The notes under the pieces were generated by a model. The model searched no databases, was not told the origin of the DNA, and saw only the letters and a program-made list of their open reading frames with translations. The translations under genes and the position numbers were made by a program. This document shows, one piece after another, positions 8,783-18,683 of a DNA stretch of 64,000 bases (within the stretch, counting starts at the first letter, position 1; each line of letters begins with the position of its first letter). This DNA comes from Fimbriimonadales bacterium (lineage in GTDB: Bacteria; Armatimonadota; Fimbriimonadia; Fimbriimonadales; ATM1), in the NCBI GenBank assembly GCA_051003155.1, contig JBPCLO010000031.1:1-64000 (forward strand). Reading direction: 5' to 3'.

Positions 8783-9811
8783 ATGAGTACCGATGAGTTG
8801 GCACATAAGCGGCCCACAAAAAGTCAGCGGCAAGGACGATGGCCGTGGGCCGAAGTCTTCGACGACCACCTCGCTCGTGGCGAGTATTACAAGCCGGAGC
8901 CAGGCGGCGTCGATGTAGCTCGCAGGGACGCACGGCAGCGATTCCTCACCGCCCTGAAGACGGCCGCGCCGAATGTCCTTCAGGAGTTACAAGATGATGT
9001 CTTCCCAGAGTTCTGCCGACTGAAAGGGGAGCTTGCCACCGAACGCTGCCTTACAGTTGAAGAGATGCGACTGGATGGCCGGGACGTCGTTTGCGAAGAG
9101 TACGTGCCTACTCCCCTGGGTGAGAAAGAGCGTTCCAGAACCAAGAAGGCGCTTGACAGATTGTTCAATTCCGCAACCCCAAAAGAGAATCAAGGGGTCG
9201 AGTTGCGAAGAACAACCCCCCAAGATTGGGAAAGGCAGAAGGCGCTGGAGCGAGGAATTCGCAAGCTGCTGCGCAGCTGGGGCAAGAAATTCGGAATCGA
9301 TTATGACTGGGTCTACGACGAGGCCCTATTCACCATGACCACGTATGCTGACCGAATGAAGCAGGACCCGGACAATCGATGGACTGATGAATTCGCTCCG
9401 CATTGGGGCACACGCCGCAATATGTGGGGTGTTCCGCTTACAGCCGACGATATTGAGTTTAGATTCGAGCTAAAGACGGGCTGGGAACCTACCGGTGAGC
9501 GCTGGACGGACTTTCGTGAACGCGCGTTAAGGGAGTTTCGATCCTTCGTCGAAAGCTATGGCCGCGAAGTTCAAAGCAAGGTCGAGGCTCTAGGCTATGT
9601 TCGAGCGCCTACGGTCAGAGAACCTGACCACTTTGTGTGGCTTGCAGAGGTCGTCGTGCTGCGAAGATCGTGGCAGCAGATCGCGACCAAGTACGACCGA
9701 GACAAGTCTTCCGTCATGGAAGCCGTAAAGAGAGCTGCCGAACTCGTCGACATTTCAATCTCAAAGTTGCGGGCCGATCGCCGGCAAAGTTCCGTTCTAC
9801 CAAAGCCGTAG
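8783..9811 (+). CDS. Hypothetical protein with a C-terminal helix-turn-helix (mobile-element-type regulator)
   Basis: 342-aa ORF with C-terminal HFVWLAEVVVLRRSWQQIATKYDRDKSSVMEAVKRAAELV; TATACT box 8 nt before ATG. Confidence 0.7.
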   Translation: MSTDELAHKRPTKSQRQGRWPWAEVFDDHLARGEYYKPEPGGVDVARRDARQRFLTALKTAAPNVLQELQDDVFPEFCRLKGELATERCLTVEEMRLDGRDVVCEEYVPTPLGEKERSRTKKALDRLFNSATPKENQGVELRRTTPQDWERQKALERGIRKLLRSWGKKFGIDYDWVYDEALFTMTTYADRMKQDPDNRWTDEFAPHWGTRRNMWGVPLTADDIEFRFELKTGWEPTGERWTDFRERALREFRSFVESYGREVQSKVEALGYVRAPTVREPDHFVWLAEVVVLRRSWQQIATKYDRDKSSVMEAVKRAAELVDISISKLRADRRQSSVLPKP

Positions 9812-9975
9812 CCCTCGGATTCAATTGGAATCTGTTGGCGAAGAAAAGGGTAGGGGATACCTGTCCAGACATCCTCCCAGGGCCGTTTAATCACTTTGTG
9901 AATGGTCTATGTTTGTTGACTGTCGGCCGAACTTCTTTGGGCATGAGGCGCGTTGGTATGGTAAAATTGACATAA

Positions 9976-10467
9976 ATGGCGGGCAGCGCCAAGGAAATAA
10001 TATGGATCGGCTCCAGCCTCGAGGACCTAAAAAGCTTCCCTGAGGCAGCTCGAAAAGCCACTGGCTTTGCGTTGCGCGCGGCCCAAGAACGGTTCAAGGC
10101 TGTGAGCGCCAAACCACTCAGGGGTTTCGGAGGAGCGTCCGTACTGGAGATGGTCGAGAATCGCGATGGCGATACCTACCGCACCGTGTATACGGTGAAC
10201 TTCGAGGAGGCGGTCTATGTCCTGCACTGCTTCAAAAAGAAGTCGAAATCCGGAATTGCAACTCCGAAGCAGGACTTAGATGTGCGCGAAGATGCGATTG
10301 CCAAGGCCCTTCCCGACATAGAACGGTTCAGGCGGGCTGGTGCGCGGGTCCAGCAGCATGTACACATAGGATTTGATTCCTTCTGCGACACCGAGTGGAA
10401 ACTCTGTTCTCACATCCTAATCATGCCCGATCAGACCTTGATCCTCCTCCGACCGATATCTCGGTAA
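9976..10467 (+). pseudogene. RelE/ParE (HigB/Gp49-like) toxin, C-terminally truncated with a read-through tail; no antitoxin
   Basis: IIWIGSSLEDLKSFPEAARKATGFAL...KPLRGFGGASVLEM...GDTYRTVYTV...[24 protein letters not shown]; similarity stops near 10284. Confidence 0.8.
10276..10413 (-). pseudogene. N-terminal fragment of a GIY-YIG (LEM-3-like) nuclease
   Basis: Manual translation from GTG at 10413: [45 protein letters not shown], with YVYxLxDPR...FYVGKG..R...H. Confidence 0.75.
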
Positions 10468-11077
10468 CGAAATCGGCGAAGGCCGAGGCTACTGCCCGAC
10501 CGCCGAACAGCTAATCGCCGCTAGTGCTAGCCGCCCGAGCTGGGCGGAGAGTGCGGCAGAAACACGCTCTCGCCGCGTTTGATTAGGGCCGCAGTCACAG
10601 GCTCGCACCTGAGCCAGGCTCGGCGGGGCTTGGTGGAACACAAGGTGGATTGGCTCTGGCCAAGAGCACAGTTCGACAGACGGGCCGGTGTGGTCGTTCT
10701 CGAGGGTGACAAGTGTCCGGCCCTGCAACCCCGGGAGTATGGGGGTGCTCCGCTTATCTGTGGTCACGCGCCCGCCTAACTCCGGATAGGAGCGACACGC
10801 CAGTTTCGGCCTACTGATGAGTAGTGTGCAAGTACTTATCTCAGCCGCCTCCGGTGCCAGCAGCAGAGGCTGCGGGTTAGCGAACAAACTGCGTGAATCG
10901 GCCATACTCTGCCCACGAAAGAGATTATGCAAGCTATAAGGTACTATGAAAGCAGCTGACGACCAGGCGATACGGCGCCCCTACCTCTTGCTCGAAAAGG
11001 AGCAAACAGTTAATTGCCGTTCGCACGATAGGAGAGTGGCAGCCAACCGATCGACCAGATTTTGGAGGTTACGTAAA

Positions 11078-12796
11078 ATGAGAAGAACTTTGCTTTTTGC
11101 CTTCTCCGTATGCGCGCTGCTAGCGGGCGCTTATCAAGCCATCGCGCAGCAGCCGGGTAACAGCGGGGAAACGCCGTTTTTCATTGAGCAGCTGCGGCGC
11201 ATGGAGTTCACGGGCGAGATGATCGTGCGCCCGCTGGAGATGAGCGACGCGATTGCCAGCACCGGCAGCCACCAGGCCGCTGCAGGGTTGCGAGAGCGCG
11301 CGGCGAGACGGTTGGCGACCGACACCAGGCGTTACTATCCCGAGACCGACGAGTACATCATCAGGTTGCCCAAGGGCAGCAGCGAGAATAGCTATGCCCG
11401 CCGGATGATGGCCACCGGCGACTACCAGTACGTAGAACCGAATTGGCGGATATACCCCGTGCTGAGGCCGAACGACCCGAGCTTCTCTTTGCAGTGGCAT
11501 CACCAGAAGATACGCTCGGAACTTGCCTGGGACATTCTGGTAGGCAACCCGAACCAGATCATCGCCTATACCGACACCGGGATAGACACTCTGCACACCG
11601 ACTTAGAGCCTAACCGGGTGCCCGGGTACAACGCCATCACCGAACTGCCCGAAGAAATGGGCGGCGTTATACAGGACACCAACGGCCACGGCACACACGT
11701 GGCCGGCATCGGCTCTGCGATTGGAAACAACGGCATTGGAGTTACGGGCGTGGGCTGGAACTTCAAGATCATGATGGTGGCGGTTTCCCATGAGCCGGTC
11801 TTCGGCACTACCACTATTGAGATAATCACCAGAGGCGGACGTTGGGCAGCCGACAACGGCGCTAAGACTATAAGCGCCAGCTTCGAGGGTGTCAGCAGCA
11901 CCGCTGTCGAGACCACCGGACGGTACATTCGTGCCCGCGGGGCTTTGTACTTATATGCCGCCGGCAACGACGGAGCGAATCTGAGCGGCTTTGACTGGCC
12001 TAATGTGATTGTGGTAGGCGCAACAAATCAGTTCGATAACAGGGCCTCGTTCTCCGCCTACGGCAGGGCCGTGGACGTGTTCGCGCCGGGAGTGAGCATC
12101 CTGAGCACTTATCTGCCGAACAGCTACTCCAGCCTCAGCGGCACGTCTATGGCTACACCGATGGCGAATGGAGTGGCGGCAATGATCTGGGCCAAGAACC
12201 CGGACTGGACACCGGAACAGGTCGAGCAGAAGCTGTTCGAAAGCTGCAAAGACCTGGGCCCCCCGGGAGAAGACGAAGTCTGGGGTTGGGGACGCATAGA
12301 CCTATTCAACTCCGTGTCCGGAGGGACGACTACGGTCAAGCCTTTACGCTTCTCAGTCACTCGAGGTGTGCTGCAGAGCGGCGAGCTGCAAGACCTGTTC
12401 GAGAGCGAGGACGAGAAGATCGTGATCCAGCAGCGCCGGCCGTTCCTGGCCTCCGATCCGTCGGCGCAGTTGGTGGTCGAAAGCAACTCTCCCACCGAGG
12501 ACGCGTCTAAGCTGCTATACCGCTTCGAGGCGTCGTCAAACGCGATGCCGCGCCAGGGCGTTCCTCAGCGTTTGGAGTTGTGGAACTTCGTGATCGGCCG
12601 GTACGAGATCATCGACGAGCGGCCGGTAAGCGGCACGGACACTGTAGTCGAAGTGAGCTTCACCGAGGACGCGTCGAGGTTCATAGAGCCGAGTACGAAG
12701 CTAATGCGAGCACGCATGGGCTGGTTCGACCGGGGCGTGGCGTTCCTGAACTGGGCGGCGCGAATAGACCTGACTGAGTGGGAAGTGACACCGTAA
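11078..12796 (+). CDS. Secreted S8 family (subtilisin-like) serine peptidase with a C-terminal extension
   Basis: Signal peptide MRRTLLFAFSVCALLAGAYQAIA; catalytic triad motifs DTG, HGTHVAG, GTSMATP; oxyanion AAGN. Confidence 0.93.
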   Translation: MRRTLLFAFSVCALLAGAYQAIAQQPGNSGETPFFIEQLRRMEFTGEMIVRPLEMSDAIASTGSHQAAAGLRERAARRLATDTRRYYPETDEYIIRLPKGSSENSYARRMMATGDYQYVEPNWRIYPVLRPNDPSFSLQWHHQKIRSELAWDILVGNPNQIIAYTDTGIDTLHTDLEPNRVPGYNAITELPEEMGGVIQDTNGHGTHVAGIGSAIGNNGIGVTGVGWNFKIMMVAVSHEPVFGTTTIEIITRGGRWAADNGAKTISASFEGVSSTAVETTGRYIRARGALYLYAAGNDGANLSGFDWPNVIVVGATNQFDNRASFSAYGRAVDVFAPGVSILSTYLPNSYSSLSGTSMATPMANGVAAMIWAKNPDWTPEQVEQKLFESCKDLGPPGEDEVWGWGRIDLFNSVSGGTTTVKPLRFSVTRGVLQSGELQDLFESEDEKIVIQQRRPFLASDPSAQLVVESNSPTEDASKLLYRFEASSNAMPRQGVPQRLELWNFVIGRYEIIDERPVSGTDTVVEVSFTEDASRFIEPSTKLMRARMGWFDRGVAFLNWAARIDLTEWEVTP

Positions 12797-12827
12797 GTTC
12801 TCACTATGGAAATGGGGCGAGTTCCAC

Positions 12828-13231
12828 TTGCAGACAACTTGCCCTAGATTCCCTTTGCTAGGACTCCCGTACCTAAACGCAAAGCGTCTTTCTTATTGGC
12901 CTGCGCCACCGGATGCGCGCCGTATTGCTCGACGCACGCTTCCAAACGATCCATCACGAGCGGTGCGGCGTGGCAGCGCGGTTTTCGCAGCGTCCAAATC
13001 GACAAGGAGTCAGCGTTTCTCCAAAAGATCGAATACATCCACCACAATCCCGTGAAGCGTGGTCTGTGCTTGCGTCCCTGCGAGTACGCCTGGTCGAGTG
13101 CAATATTTTGGGAGCAGGCGAAGTGGAACGGGTATCGCCTAGTGCTTAGTCTCGATGAACGAGTTGCTTGTTGGCCGGAGGCTGTGCGAGTATGCCTACG
13201 GCGGAGCCACCCCACGGGGGTGGCACGATAG
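12828..13231 (+). mobile_element. Degenerate REP-associated tyrosine transposase (RAYT/TnpA-REP) remnant
   Basis: C-terminal motifs WQRGFRSVQI...KIEYIHHNPVKRGLC..P.EYAWSSA; HUH-bearing N-terminus not intact. Confidence 0.75.
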
Positions 13232-13306
13232 GAACGAGTTGCTTGTTGGCCCGAGGCTGTGCGAGTATGCCTACGGCGGAGCCACCCCACGGGGGTGGCA
13301 CGATAG
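13157..13306 (+). repeat. Two 75-bp tandem direct repeats, each carrying a REP hairpin
   Basis: Copies 13157-13231 and 13232-13306 differ at one base; each contains GGAG overlapping the hairpin GCCACCCC-ACG-GGGGTGGC. Confidence 0.9.
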
Positions 13307-13383
13307 AGGCACTCATGTGGACAGCGGGGAACGGATTGGCTCGCTTACCCGTTCACTAGTAAACTCTGATATGAGGTGTGTGT

Positions 13384-14334
13384 TTGACTCCATCGGAAAT
13401 CGCTGACGGCGCGAAGGCGATCGTCTCGCAAGTTGAAAAGGTTATCTTGGGCAAAACCGACACGGTCGAGAAGGCCGTGCTCGTCCTCTTGTGCAATGGG
13501 CACTTGTTGATCGAAGACGTCCCCGGCGTCGGAAAAACCATGCTCGCCAAGGCGTTAGCCAGGTCCATCGGTGGCGAGTTTAAGCGCATCCAATTCACTC
13601 CTGACCTGCTACCCGCGGACATCACCGGTTCGAGCATCTTCAACCAGAAAAGAGCGGAGTTCGAATTCAAGCCGGGCCCGATTTTCGGCAACGTGGTTCT
13701 CGCCGACGAAATCAACCGAGCCACGCCCAAGACTCAGGCGGCGCTGCTGGAGGCTATGGAGGAGCGTCAGGTGACTTCGGATGGGATAACGCACAAGCTG
13801 CCCGACCCCTTTTTCGTGATCGCTACCCAGAACAACATCGAACTCACGGGCACCTACCCGCTGCCTGAGGCGCAGCTCGACCGCTTCTTCGCCCGGCTCT
13901 CGATCGGCTATCCGGACGGGCAGGTCGAAGCCGACATCCTGGCTTCGCAGCAACAAGATCACCCGATCGACAACGTTCAGCAAGTGCTAGACGCCGATGA
14001 AATGCGGCACATTCAAACGTCGATCCGGCAGATTTTCGTGCACGCTACGCTACGCGACTACGTCGTAGAGATCGTGGCCGGCACGCGTAATTCCAACCAG
14101 ATTGTGCTCGGTGCAAGCCCCCGCGGCTCGCTGCTGTTGATGCAGGCGGCGCAAGCCCATGCCGCGTACAACGGCCATGACTTCGTGCGGCCCGACGACG
14201 TGAAGGCGATGGCAGCGCCGGTACTCGCCCACAGAATTATCCCTCGGGCAGACTTAAGGTCCAGGGGAACCATGCCGGAAGAGATCGTCGAGGACATCGT
14301 CGCGTCGGTGAGGGCGCCGGTGCCCGTGGCTTAA
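13384..14334 (+). CDS. moxR: MoxR family AAA+ ATPase
   Basis: GHLLIEDVPGVGKT, RIQFTPDLLPADITG, LADEINRATPKTQAALLEAMEE, GTYPLPEAQLDRF; TTG start with RBS GAGG. Confidence 0.95.
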   Translation: MTPSEIADGAKAIVSQVEKVILGKTDTVEKAVLVLLCNGHLLIEDVPGVGKTMLAKALARSIGGEFKRIQFTPDLLPADITGSSIFNQKRAEFEFKPGPIFGNVVLADEINRATPKTQAALLEAMEERQVTSDGITHKLPDPFFVIATQNNIELTGTYPLPEAQLDRFFARLSIGYPDGQVEADILASQQQDHPIDNVQQVLDADEMRHIQTSIRQIFVHATLRDYVVEIVAGTRNSNQIVLGASPRGSLLLMQAAQAHAAYNGHDFVRPDDVKAMAAPVLAHRIIPRADLRSRGTMPEEIVEDIVASVRAPVPVA

Positions 14335-14343
14335 GGAAGAGAA

Positions 14344-15561
14344 TTGCGCCACTACGCGGTCTTAACGCTCACCGTCTCGGCTCTCTTTCTCATGTTCGTG
14401 GGCGCCTTCCTGAACACTCGGTCCCTCTTTTACATGAGCACGGTGATGATCGTCACCCTGCTCGTGCTGCGCGCCCAGGCTTGGCTTGCCACCCGCGGGC
14501 TTCGCTTCGAGCGCGTGGCGCCGACGACGATGGTCGCAGGCGAGCGGGTGGCCATGCGAATCCGCGTCTGGTCCACGCTAAACATCCGGCGTCCGCTTTT
14601 GTTCATCGTCGACGAGTTGCCTCCTTCTTTGCAGCACGACGCCGACATTCGGCCGCTTCCCGTTGCTCCGAGCAGTGAGCAAGCGGTCGAGACTCGGTAT
14701 GAACTGAACCCCTTGATGAGAGGGGTGTACCGCTGGTCGAAAATTAGGGTGGAGAGCACGGATTCGCTCGGACTCATCAACGTGCAACAAATGTACGAGA
14801 CCGAGCCGTTCGAGGTAACTATTCATCCGGCAAAGATACCGGCGGCCATCGATGTGGCTTCCTTGAGCGGATGGGGCGCGAACCACTCCGACGAAGGGCG
14901 GAATCGAGGCTACGGAATCGAGCCGCGTGGAGTTCGGGAGTTCGTGCCAGGTGACTCCCTGCGGCACGTCCACTGGCGTTCTACCGCTCGCGTCGGGACT
15001 TTGCAGGTCAAAGAGTTCGAAACGGGCTTCAACACGCGCCTGTCGATCGTGATGCAGCTGTCCGAAGGAACCGAAGCGGGCGAAGGCGCAGCCACGACTC
15101 TGGAAGCCATGTGCGGCCATGCTGCCTACCTGGCCGACGTAACGCTCCAACGCGGCAGCGTGGTGGATCTACCGAACCTCGAGCCGCCGCGAGCTGAAAC
15201 CTCCGCGTCGGCCACCCATCGCATACGCGAGATCAACGATGCCCTCGCCGTGGCACGGTCGAATCGGCAAACGAGGTTCGCGGGCGAGCTTGAACAAATC
15301 GACCGCGCGCTGCCGAATGGCTCGACGGTGATCGTCATGGTAACTGCCGCCGAGGAAGGCGTCGCCGCCGCTATCCGAAGGATCGCCGCGCGGTCATACG
15401 TACTCGTTTTGGTTTATGACCCCTCGCCTTACGCGAAAGACAAGGTCGTCGCCGATTTCCTTCCAGCGACCGATCCCGACTTCCTGGCCGCCACGGCGGC
15501 GCCAAACGTGACGTTGAAGCTCATGGCTTATCCTTATGCAGCATCAGAAAAGGCTCGATAA
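14344..15561 (+). CDS. DUF58 domain protein
   Basis: N-terminal TM helices, RGVY, VREFVPGDSLRHVHWRSTAR...VKEFE; follows moxR. Confidence 0.9.
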   Translation: MRHYAVLTLTVSALFLMFVGAFLNTRSLFYMSTVMIVTLLVLRAQAWLATRGLRFERVAPTTMVAGERVAMRIRVWSTLNIRRPLLFIVDELPPSLQHDADIRPLPVAPSSEQAVETRYELNPLMRGVYRWSKIRVESTDSLGLINVQQMYETEPFEVTIHPAKIPAAIDVASLSGWGANHSDEGRNRGYGIEPRGVREFVPGDSLRHVHWRSTARVGTLQVKEFETGFNTRLSIVMQLSEGTEAGEGAATTLEAMCGHAAYLADVTLQRGSVVDLPNLEPPRAETSASATHRIREINDALAVARSNRQTRFAGELEQIDRALPNGSTVIVMVTAAEEGVAAAIRRIAARSYVLVLVYDPSPYAKDKVVADFLPATDPDFLAATAAPNVTLKLMAYPYAASEKAR

Positions 15562-17617
15562 CGCAGAAGAACAGTACCGATCGCTCGGCGCGAGCAGCAC
15601 CGACTACATGCTGCTGGCCGCCGCGCTGGCGGTACCTCTGTATACAAGCGGCTTAGCGATTCTGGAGCCGGCAACGGGCGGCATGTGCGTTGTGCTTTGC
15701 TGGCTCGGCATAGCGGTCAGCTATATGGTGCGACTTGCGGGCATCGATTACTCGGTGACCCGCGGGCTGGGCTGGTTGATGCTGGGCCTCGCTGTAATGG
15801 TCGGCGCCAACCTCGATTTTCTCAATAACGTGATGCCGGGCGGAGGCTTCCCGTGGCAGCTCGCGCCCGCTGCATTCATGTGCTGGTTCATCATTGTCGC
15901 AAGCTTCTTCCTTTGGAACGACGACACGATGCTGTTTCTCCTTGTTCCGGGAATCGCCTTGTTCGGTGTTCAGAGCTACATCGAGACCGCAGGCCACTTC
16001 GTGATCTCGCTGATTCTTTTCATGGCCAGCGTTGCGGTGCTGCTCACGAGGCTCCACTTAAGGGTCATGTACGCTGCGGCGCGAGCTGCCGGATATTCGG
16101 ATATGCGCGCGCTGTACGGCGGCCCATGGCGCGGCATGGCTGGACCGGCTCTTGCCGTCCTCTCGGTTCTCGTCGTGGGGGGTTCCTCTTATTTCCTGGC
16201 CCCACAAATCGGCGGCGCAGTCCGGAAATTGGCGGGTGAGCCGGAGATCATGTTCCGGCCGCCCAGGTTTTCAACCGCCGGCGCGCCGTTCGGCAACGTT
16301 TCCAGACAGATCGGGAACGGGCCGCTCACCTCGTCGAATTTGCCGGTTCTGAAGGTCACGAGCTCTTCTTCATTCCCCTACTTGCGCGGCTTCGCGCTCG
16401 GGTCGTATCGTGGGAACGGGTGGACGGAAGTCGGCGGCCGACCCGTTCCACTGCCCCGATCGGTGGAGAAAGCCGCGTCCAACGTCGATAGGGCCGCCGT
16501 GTATTTACCGCCCAAACCCCCGATTCCGAAGCCCGGACGCACGGTCAGCGCTCTGGTCGAGAGCCTCAATAGATTCAATGCGATCGCGCACGTTCCCGGT
16601 CCACCCGTCCGAATCGAATATGACGGCGACGTGTCGTCCGTGGCCGGCGAGTTTTTGCTTTTGGGAAGGAACGTGGGCCGAGGCAGGGAGTACTACGTCG
16701 AATCCGAAATGAACGAAGCGTCCGCCGAGACGCTCCGCGCGGCCCCGCTATCCGACCGTCAGGTGATCGCTGAGCGGTACGAACGCAGGTCGAAGGACCG
16801 GATACCGGCGCAGGTCAAGGACCTCGCGAACCGCATCGCTGCGTCAAAATCTACGGATTACGACACCGTGATCGCGTTTATGGACGAGATCATTTCGCGG
16901 TGCAAATACAACTTGAAAGCCGAGCGCGTCGAAGGCGGGAAGGACCGCGTCGAAGCATTTCTATTCGAGACCCAGGAAGGCTATTGCGATCTCTTCGCGT
17001 CGTCGCTCGCCGTAATGTGCAGGGCAGTGGGCATCCAGGCTCGCGCCGTGACCGGGTACCTCGTCGATCCCGCAAGCCGAAAGGGTAACGCTTATACAAT
17101 CCGAGACCGTGACGCGCATATGTGGACGGAGGTGCTTTTCGAAGGGGTCGGATGGGTGCCTTTCGATGCCACCACAAACGCCGAAGAGGTCCCGGGTGGA
17201 GGCGTCGGTTCACTCCTGGAGGAAGAAGCCGCAGGCGAGGGCCTCAAGTGGGCGGCCTGGATCGGCGGCAGCGTTCTGGCGCTAGTAGCGCTAGCGTTGG
17301 CGATCGGCTCACTGCGCACGTTCCTGGTCGGGCGAAGAACCTTGACGGCAGACATGCGGCGACTGACTCCACTGTACACTCGCTTCCTTCGCGCGTTGCA
17401 ACGGGACCTGCACCGCCCCAAGTTTCCGAGCGAAACTACGTTGGAATATGCCCGAGCGTATCAATTATCCACCTCCAACGGCAAGGAAGCTCTGACTCTC
17501 GCGGGCGCCTTCGACCGGGCGTTGTATTCAGCCACAATAGCGGACAAGGCAGAACTCGCCAGAATGAGGGCCGGTGTCGACATGTTGTCGAGAAAGGCCC
17601 GCCAGAATGGCAAGTAA
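15536..17617 (+). CDS. Membrane transglutaminase-like domain protein (TgpA-like)
   Basis: Multiple TM helices; GYCDLFASSLAVMCRAVGIQARAVTGY, AHMWTEV, GWVPFDAT (Cys-His-Asp triad); C-terminal PSETTLEY. Confidence 0.9.
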   Translation: MQHQKRLDNAEEQYRSLGASSTDYMLLAAALAVPLYTSGLAILEPATGGMCVVLCWLGIAVSYMVRLAGIDYSVTRGLGWLMLGLAVMVGANLDFLNNVMPGGGFPWQLAPAAFMCWFIIVASFFLWNDDTMLFLLVPGIALFGVQSYIETAGHFVISLILFMASVAVLLTRLHLRVMYAAARAAGYSDMRALYGGPWRGMAGPALAVLSVLVVGGSSYFLAPQIGGAVRKLAGEPEIMFRPPRFSTAGAPFGNVSRQIGNGPLTSSNLPVLKVTSSSSFPYLRGFALGSYRGNGWTEVGGRPVPLPRSVEKAASNVDRAAVYLPPKPPIPKPGRTVSALVESLNRFNAIAHVPGPPVRIEYDGDVSSVAGEFLLLGRNVGRGREYYVESEMNEASAETLRAAPLSDRQVIAERYERRSKDRIPAQVKDLANRIAASKSTDYDTVIAFMDEIISRCKYNLKAERVEGGKDRVEAFLFETQEGYCDLFASSLAVMCRAVGIQARAVTGYLVDPASRKGNAYTIRDRDAHMWTEVLFEGVGWVPFDATTNAEEVPGGGVGSLLEEEAAGEGLKWAAWIGGSVLALVALALAIGSLRTFLVGRRTLTADMRRLTPLYTRFLRALQRDLHRPKFPSETTLEYARAYQLSTSNGKEALTLAGAFDRALYSATIADKAELARMRAGVDMLSRKARQNGK

Positions 17618-18635
17618 GAAAGACCTATCACGTGTCTACGCGATCACGGGAGCAGAATCTCTGCTCGTTCGTGAGGCCGTCGCGGATCTGAAGATTCGCG
17701 CCGGAGCAGATGGAGCCGATGCATTCGATTATGCGGAGCTAGACGGGACTTGGGCGACGGCTTCGGAAATTATCGACGCGGTTGCGACGGTGCCCTTTCT
17801 TGCCGAACGCAGAACACTGCTCGTCGGTCGTGCAGACCGGTTTAAGCCCGACGAGGCCCGGCACCTCGGCGAACGGCTAGATCGATTGCCCGCGACGAGC
17901 CTCCTCATCCTTGTGTTCGATTCGCAAGAGGACGAGCGCAAAGGCTCGCCTGCCGAAACCGCACTTCTGCCGATGGTGAGCAAGGTGGGCGAAGTGATCA
18001 AGTGTGCTACTCCGATGAGCGCAGCCCTGGTTTCAGACCTGCAAAAACGGGCGGACGCGATGGGCGCCAAACTCGATCGCGCGGCCGCCGTGGCCCTGGC
18101 GGAAATGACTTCGAACAGCCTTTCGGAGGCTGCGGCGGAACTCGAGAAGTGTTCGCTGTACGCTTCGGGAGGAACGATCGACCGAACGATCGTCGCCAAG
18201 GTGGCGACGCCGAGTAAAGATTGGGAGGTATTCAAGATGCTGGACGCTGTCTGCGCCGGCAATCTAGGCCCGGCGCTCGAGCACCTTCGCAGGCTGCTGT
18301 CCGAGACGTCCAAGATAGAAGACGCGGCGATGCGAAGCCTCTTCCCAATGATGCACCGGCAATTGAGGATTCTTTGGCAGGCGAAGGCTTCGGAAACAGC
18401 AAACGGGGTCGGCGTGTTCGTGAAGCGGCACAACTTCGCCACGGCGTCGGAATACGTACAGGGCCGCAGCCGCGCGACCGTTCGCAACCTGTCGTTGGAC
18501 AGCATAGCCAAAATGATGCGCCAGCTCGCCGAAGCAGATATGCGTCTAAAAGGCCAGCTTCCGGCAGCCTTTCCACGAGAAACACTGGAGCGGATGCTCT
18601 TCGAAATGTGCGAGATCGCAGCATCTCGAAACTAG
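17607..18635 (+). CDS. holA: DNA polymerase III subunit delta
   Basis: VYAITGAESLL, TVPFLAERR, ELEKCSLY, VFKMLDAV, ADMRLKG pattern. Confidence 0.85.
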   Translation: MASKKDLSRVYAITGAESLLVREAVADLKIRAGADGADAFDYAELDGTWATASEIIDAVATVPFLAERRTLLVGRADRFKPDEARHLGERLDRLPATSLLILVFDSQEDERKGSPAETALLPMVSKVGEVIKCATPMSAALVSDLQKRADAMGAKLDRAAAVALAEMTSNSLSEAAAELEKCSLYASGGTIDRTIVAKVATPSKDWEVFKMLDAVCAGNLGPALEHLRRLLSETSKIEDAAMRSLFPMMHRQLRILWQAKASETANGVGVFVKRHNFATASEYVQGRSRATVRNLSLDSIAKMMRQLAEADMRLKGQLPAAFPRETLERMLFEMCEIAASRN

Positions 18636-18683
18636 CGCCATCTAGGTGCTAATATAAAGCCATTCCGAGATCAAGGAGGCCCC

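Noticed and set aside
10489..10932. 147-aa minus-strand ORF in the island
   Set aside because: No recognisable motif and low coding plausibility; at most a gene fragment
13157..13306. Possible CRISPR array
   Set aside because: Only two contiguous 75-bp copies with no unique spacers and no cas genes; fits REP repeats beside a RAYT remnant
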